Below are positions 59,681 through 64,000 of a DNA stretch of 64,000 nt, piece after piece. The notes beneath the pieces were generated by a model. The model had not been told where the DNA came from, made no database searches, and was given only the letters and a program-made list of their open reading frames with translations. Positions within the stretch are counted from its first letter, which is position 1. Each line of letters begins with the position of its first letter. Origin of the DNA: Thermoplasmatota archaeon. GTDB taxonomy: Archaea > Thermoplasmatota > E2 > DHVEG-1. The position numbers and the translations under genes are program-made. The stretch lies in the NCBI GenBank assembly GCA_038884455.1, contig JAWABU010000004.1, positions 906 through 64,905 on the forward strand. Direction: 5' to 3'.

Positions 59681-59990
59681 TACTCTCAAACACTGATTTT
59701 ATCCCTGGGAAAGAAGTAGCTGAAGTTCTTGGCTTAGTCCGGGGAAACACCGTCCAGGCAAAAGTATTCTATAAAGACATTGCAGCTGGTTTTAGAAACT
59801 TTGTCGGCGGCGAAATCAAAGAATACACCGAGATGCTCTCAGAGGCACGTGAAATTGCATTAAAACGCATGGAGCAGAAAGCAGAAAAACTTGGTGCTGA
59901 TGCCATCATCAATGTTCGTTTTATGACCTCTGCAATCATGGCAAGTGCTGCAGAAATTTTGCCTATGGAACCGCAGTGAAACTCAAATAG
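59677..59990 (+). CDS. YbjQ/UPF0145 family protein with a 1-nt frameshift near the C-terminus
   Basis: GLVRGNTV..KDIAAG.RNFVGGE..EYTEML.EARE.A..RM...A..LGADAII. The expected AYGTAVK* ending is in the adjacent frame (59961-59990). Confidence 0.85.
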
Positions 59991-59997
59991 GATACGT

Positions 59998-60189
59998 ATG
60001 GGGATCACGAATCTTATCATTTTCATCTCAGGACTTCTAGTGACTCTCATCGGTCTTGGTGCGTTTATCAATCCAAATCTTGCTCGTTGGATCAATGCAC
60101 CAGGAGCTCCAATCATCAAAGCAATCATTGCACTGATCATTGGTATCATCATGATTGCACTGAGCGTCTTCATCCAATTCCCAGGATAA
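59998..60189 (+). CDS. Small 2-TM membrane protein
   Basis: 63 aa, two hydrophobic helices, operonic spacing. Confidence 0.6.
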   Translation: MGITNLIIFISGLLVTLIGLGAFINPNLARWINAPGAPIIKAIIALIIGIIMIALSVFIQFPG

Positions 60190-60204
60190 AGGAGTGCAAA
60201 AAAC

Positions 60205-60420
60205 ATGCCGAAAGTTACCATAACATTAAGCGATGACATTTGGACTTGGTGGAAAAAAAATCCATGGATTAATCTTTCACAGCTTGCAGAACGAGAACTT
60301 CACAGAATTAGAATGCTTGAAGAACGCGTGCTTGGGAATTGTCCAAGCTGTGGAAATACAAAGCTGCGTTTTGATGGAAAAACATATTGTTGCTCAAAGT
60401 GCGGATATGTCTATGAATAG
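60205..60420 (+). CDS. Small RHH/antitoxin-like protein with C-terminal Zn ribbon
   Basis: MPKVTITLSD...INLSQLAE and CPSCG...CSKCG. AGGAG RBS. Confidence 0.65.
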   Translation: MPKVTITLSDDIWTWWKKNPWINLSQLAERELHRIRMLEERVLGNCPSCGNTKLRFDGKTYCCSKCGYVYE

Positions 60421-60610
60421 AAAGTCACAACGATTCTGTCCTGAATGCGGATCAACTAATATCGACTGGGTGTTACCACAGCTCTGGTCAAAATGGCAAT
60501 GTAAAGATTGTGGGTATCAGGGTGCACTCATCGTTGAAGATGGAAAGATCGGTGATGAAATCAGAAGAGAATATCTTAAAAAGAACAAATTCAATACTAC
60601 TGGAAGGTAA
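60413..60610 (+). CDS. Small Zn-ribbon protein
   Basis: FCPECGSTNI...WQCKDCGYQG. Confidence 0.7.
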   Translation: MNRKSQRFCPECGSTNIDWVLPQLWSKWQCKDCGYQGALIVEDGKIGDEIRREYLKKNKFNTTGR

Positions 60611-60930
60611 TGCGTATGCTTGTTACAACAACTGATTCGATTCCTGGTAGAGACGTCAAAGAGGTTCTTGGGGTTGTATTTGGATCATGTGTTCAAACTA
60701 AACATATCGGGAAAGACATCAGAGCAGGACTGCGAAATGTTATTGGTGGGGAGGCTAAGAGTTATACTGAACTTCTTGAGGAGGCACGGCGAACCGCGAT
60801 GCAACGGATGATTGATGATGCAAAAAAACTTGGTGCTGATGCAATTATTGGTATGCGATACGCAACGGCGCAGACTATGGTTGGCGCTGCAGAACTTATC
60901 GCATTTGGTACCGCTGTAAAAACATATTAA
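60610..60930 (+). CDS. YbjQ/UPF0145 family protein
   Basis: TTTDSIPG, KDIRAGLRNVIGGE, LGADAIIGMR and AFGTAVK. Confidence 0.92.
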   Translation: MRMLVTTTDSIPGRDVKEVLGVVFGSCVQTKHIGKDIRAGLRNVIGGEAKSYTELLEEARRTAMQRMIDDAKKLGADAIIGMRYATAQTMVGAAELIAFGTAVKTY

Positions 60931-60971
60931 AACAATAATGAATGTTGACCACAAGAAAGAGAGGATGGCTT

Positions 60972-61688
60972 ATGTCTGTTATTGAGGTAAAAAATCTGAA
61001 AAAAAATTACGGACGCATTACAGCAGTTAGAGGAGTTTCTTTTTCAGTGAATCAAGGAGAGATTTTTGGTTTGATCGGACCGAATGGTGCCGGGAAAACA
61101 ACGATTCTTCGAATTATTGCAACACTTCTAAAAATTAGTGAAGGATCTGTCTCGATCATGGGTTTTGATTGCACTCGAGAGGCAGATGAGATCCGAAAAA
61201 TCATTAGTTATCTTCCTGAGGATGCTGGCGCGTATAAGAACCTCTCAGGAATTCAGTATCTCCGCTTCATTAGTAACTTTTTTGATACGCAAAATAAACA
61301 AGCCATGATCCAGCGAGGAGTTGAAATCGCAGATCTTGGTGATCGGATCAATGATCGAGTTGATACGTATAGTAAAGGAATGATGCGTAGACTTCTTGTT
61401 GGTCGAGCGTTGATGATTAATCCAAAACTAGCGATTCTTGATGAACCTACCTCAGGTCTTGATGTGATCAATGCACAACAGATCAGAAAAATCATTCAAA
61501 CCACTGCAAAAAATGGTACAACCATTCTTCTCTCAAGTCATAATATGCTCGAAGTTGAATTTCTCTGTGATCGTATCGCGTTGATAACCGATGGTCGGAT
61601 TGTTGAGGAAGGAACGCCAAAATCGTTACTGCAGAAATATGCTGCGAACAACATTGAGGATGTGTTTGTTAAGGTGGTGAAACCATGA
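60972..61688 (+). CDS. ABC exporter ATP-binding subunit (NatA-like)
   Basis: GPNGAGKTT, YSKGM, ILDEPTSGLD and SSHN. Confidence 0.93.
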   Translation: MSVIEVKNLKKNYGRITAVRGVSFSVNQGEIFGLIGPNGAGKTTILRIIATLLKISEGSVSIMGFDCTREADEIRKIISYLPEDAGAYKNLSGIQYLRFISNFFDTQNKQAMIQRGVEIADLGDRINDRVDTYSKGMMRRLLVGRALMINPKLAILDEPTSGLDVINAQQIRKIIQTTAKNGTTILLSSHNMLEVEFLCDRIALITDGRIVEEGTPKSLLQKYAANNIEDVFVKVVKP

Positions 61689-62974
61689 CTGCTTTGGGAA
61701 ATATTTTGAAAAAGGAGATCAGAGAGCTTCTCACGCCTGCAACATTTCTTCCTATCATCATCGTCGCGTTCTTGTTTGGAACGATGGGGAGTTCACTCCA
61801 GGGTATCCAGGAGGAAGCAAAGCAACCACCGATTATTGGTGTCATCACTGCTGATTCTGGCGTGTTTGCACAGACAGCAACAGCGATTTTTTCCCAATAT
61901 GCAAATGTTACATTTACTGGGTCTTCCCTTGCTGAGAAAGAAATCGGTTTTACGGTCCTTAAAGAAAATCATGGTGCTGCTCTAATTTATATCCCTGAAA
62001 ATTTCACGAGCAATATTCTCTTAGGACAACCAGGGTATGTTGAGATTTTCTGGGTGATGCAGGGTACGGGCATCATGGATGCCATTCCATCAGCAGCTGT
62101 TGGTTTTCTCATCCAAAAGATCGATATGAATATTTCTCAAACACTCATTCAACAGAACAGTTCGATGAATGCTTCAGTTGTTCTTGCGCCAACACAGCGT
62201 TTTGAAACCACATATTTTAAAGGGAAAGAATTCACCGGTATTTCTCCGGATACGATCATTAGTTTACTTTCCTCACAATCAATGTTGATCCCGATTGTTA
62301 TTATGATGATTATTATCATGGCAGGGGGTATTGTTATTACCTCGATGGCGTTAGAAAAAGAAAACAAAACCCTTGAAACATTACTTACGTTGCCGGTTAA
62401 ACGTACGAGTATTGTTACGGGAAAACTGATCGCAAGTGCAGTCATCGGTCTTCTCTTGTCAATTATTTATATGATTGGGATGAGTTATTATTTTCAAGGT
62501 TTTTCAATGTCTCAAGAGGGTAATCTTGCGATGTTCGGATTGACGCTTTCAATACCTGATTTTCTCTTGATTGGTGTATCGATGTTTGTGGCATTAATTG
62601 CTGGACTTGCGTTATGCATGTTGCTTGGCACCTTTGCAAAAAACTACAAGAGTGCACAGACGTTGACATTCCCGATAACCATGTTTGCTATGATTCCAAT
62701 GTTTATTGCGATGTTTGCTGATTTTGACACACTTCCGTTACTGCTGAAGGTTTTTGTTTTTGCGATACCTTTTTCTCATCCTATGCTTGCACCACGAGCA
62801 CTGCTTTTTGATGACTATCTATTGGTTGTTGGTGGGATCGTCTATGTTCTCATTTTTGCTCTTATTACGATTGGCATTGTTGTCTGGATTTTTAAAACTG
62901 ATCGACTTTTAACTGGAAGTTTACGGAAAAAAAAGACCAAGGGTTTTATGTTTGTGAACCGGCGTAGCTTCTAA
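61685..62974 (+). CDS. ABC-2 exporter permease (NatB-like)
   Basis: KKEIRELL, an extracellular loop, EKENKTLETLLTLPV..SIVTGK and multiple TMs. Confidence 0.9.
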   Translation: MTALGNILKKEIRELLTPATFLPIIIVAFLFGTMGSSLQGIQEEAKQPPIIGVITADSGVFAQTATAIFSQYANVTFTGSSLAEKEIGFTVLKENHGAALIYIPENFTSNILLGQPGYVEIFWVMQGTGIMDAIPSAAVGFLIQKIDMNISQTLIQQNSSMNASVVLAPTQRFETTYFKGKEFTGISPDTIISLLSSQSMLIPIVIMMIIIMAGGIVITSMALEKENKTLETLLTLPVKRTSIVTGKLIASAVIGLLLSIIYMIGMSYYFQGFSMSQEGNLAMFGLTLSIPDFLLIGVSMFVALIAGLALCMLLGTFAKNYKSAQTLTFPITMFAMIPMFIAMFADFDTLPLLLKVFVFAIPFSHPMLAPRALLFDDYLLVVGGIVYVLIFALITIGIVVWIFKTDRLLTGSLRKKKTKGFMFVNRRSF

Positions 62975-62984
62975 TTTTTTTCTC

Positions 62985-64000
62985 TTATTTTTTTACCCTA
63001 AGATACATAAAGAATAGATGTCCTTCAGCTTTCTTTGATACGGTTTGTACGCCGTCAACCGTGATTGTTATCGTAATGGTAACCGGGCCGATACCACGGA
63101 TTGAGGTCATTGCGATGTGCTGTGTTGCTCCGGCTTTAAGACAGGAGATACTTCCACTCTTTTTCATATGAATTGAATCAAAGAGACCGCCGGTGACCGT
63201 AATGCTCCATTCAATATTAAATGCGTCATCACCGAGGTTTTTCAGCTCAGCTGAGACTTTTCCTTGTTTCAACAATCCACCCCATCCACCGGTGATCTTC
63301 CCAATGACGACCTGTGGATCTATGATACGGATCGTGAGTGGTTCAGACCAAGTGCTCTTTTTGTGGAGGATATCTACAGCGTAGATTCTGATACTGTAGG
63401 TTCCTACGGTATCCCATGAATGATTGACGATGACTTGCTCTCCTGAATTCAGTGGTCCAACCCAAGTCCATGTATCATCTCCCCAATCCCAATAATACAA
63501 TATGTTGTGTCCTTCAGGATCAGAGGAAACTGTAGAGAACGTATAGTTAACATCTGGTAATCCAACGGTTGGTCCATTTGGCTGATCTGGCTGCTCAGGT
63601 GGTAGATTTGCTCCAAAACAGAAAATCATACCTTCGCTGTTCATAACGTAGAGATCACCGTCGGCGAGAGCTGGTGCGCAAGAAAAACCAAACGTGAATT
63701 CTTTTGACCATTGCTGTTCTCCTGTAGATGCATTGAGGCAGTACACATTTCCTTTGAGATCAACGAAATAGACAAAACCATTTCCGGAGAGTACTGGTGG
63801 AGCAACCACTCCATCTTGCGTTTGATAACTCCAAACCAAATCATAGGTGGCGCTACTTGGATCATCGATGCCTTCATCAATTCCATCGGATGGGTCTGCA
63901 TCAAAACAATACATCTCTCCAGTGATAGGAGGAACATATCCATTGTATGCTCTGTAGGAACCGATGTAGATTCGGTCATTGAAGACCGCAGGGGAAGATA
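62985..64000 (-). CDS. PQQ-like beta-propeller + PKD surface protein (5' end outside window)
   Basis: The frame stays open to the window edge (SSPAVFNDRIYIGS). Contains VYCLNASTGEQQW and the PKD motif YWDWGDD. Confidence 0.8.
   Translation of the reverse strand, partial: SSPAVFNDRIYIGSYRAYNGYVPPITGEMYCFDADPSDGIDEGIDDPSSATYDLVWSYQTQDGVVAPPVLSGNGFVYFVDLKGNVYCLNASTGEQQWSKEFTFGFSCAPALADGDLYVMNSEGMIFCFGANLPPEQPDQPNGPTVGLPDVNYTFSTVSSDPEGHNILYYWDWGDDTWTWVGPLNSGEQVIVNHSWDTVGTYSIRIYAVDILHKKSTWSEPLTIRIIDPQVVIGKITGGWGGLLKQGKVSAELKNLGDDAFNIEWSITVTGGLFDSIHMKKSGSISCLKAGATQHIAMTSIRGIGPVTITITITVDGVQTVSKKAEGHLFFMYLRVKK

Noticed and set aside
1..64000. tRNA, rRNA, integrase/provirus or defence-system genes
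   Set aside because: None was recognised by eye in the intergenic gaps or ORFs. tRNAscan-SE, Infernal and DefenseFinder runs would be needed to exclude them formally.

Overview
Archaeal chromosomal window, most likely Thermoplasmatota. A Marine Benthic Group D/Thermoprofundales-like lineage is inferred from AglB, GGGP synthase, pelota, Pth2, a split GMP synthase and a large set of secreted gingipain/papain/M14/M28/pyroglutamyl peptidases. About 3-26 kb is an extracellular-proteolysis region: a C1A protease, two C25 gingipain-like paralogs, an M14, two M28s, a C15 and PKD/beta-helix surface proteins. It is interrupted by a wHTH regulator, two AT-rich secreted-protein genes and a nested insertion sequence (an IS1634-family element with a 6-bp TSD inside a decayed IS5-like element). 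About 26-57 kb is mostly housekeeping: rqc2-pelota, thiL, pur/gua/pyr genes, topA, dus, lipid genes, aglB, prs, pth2 and tyrS. The most unusual feature is at 57.3-58.8 kb, where two tandem paralogous ribbon-helix-helix + coiled-coil genes sit. One carries 14 perfect GGTATACC palindromes inside its coding sequence and ends in a basic/aromatic tail. The other carries related GGTTTAC(C) motifs. This is a candidate self-binding DNA-tethering or segregation module (inference). I found no rRNA, tRNA or CRISPR array by eye. All product calls come from motif recognition, not database searches.
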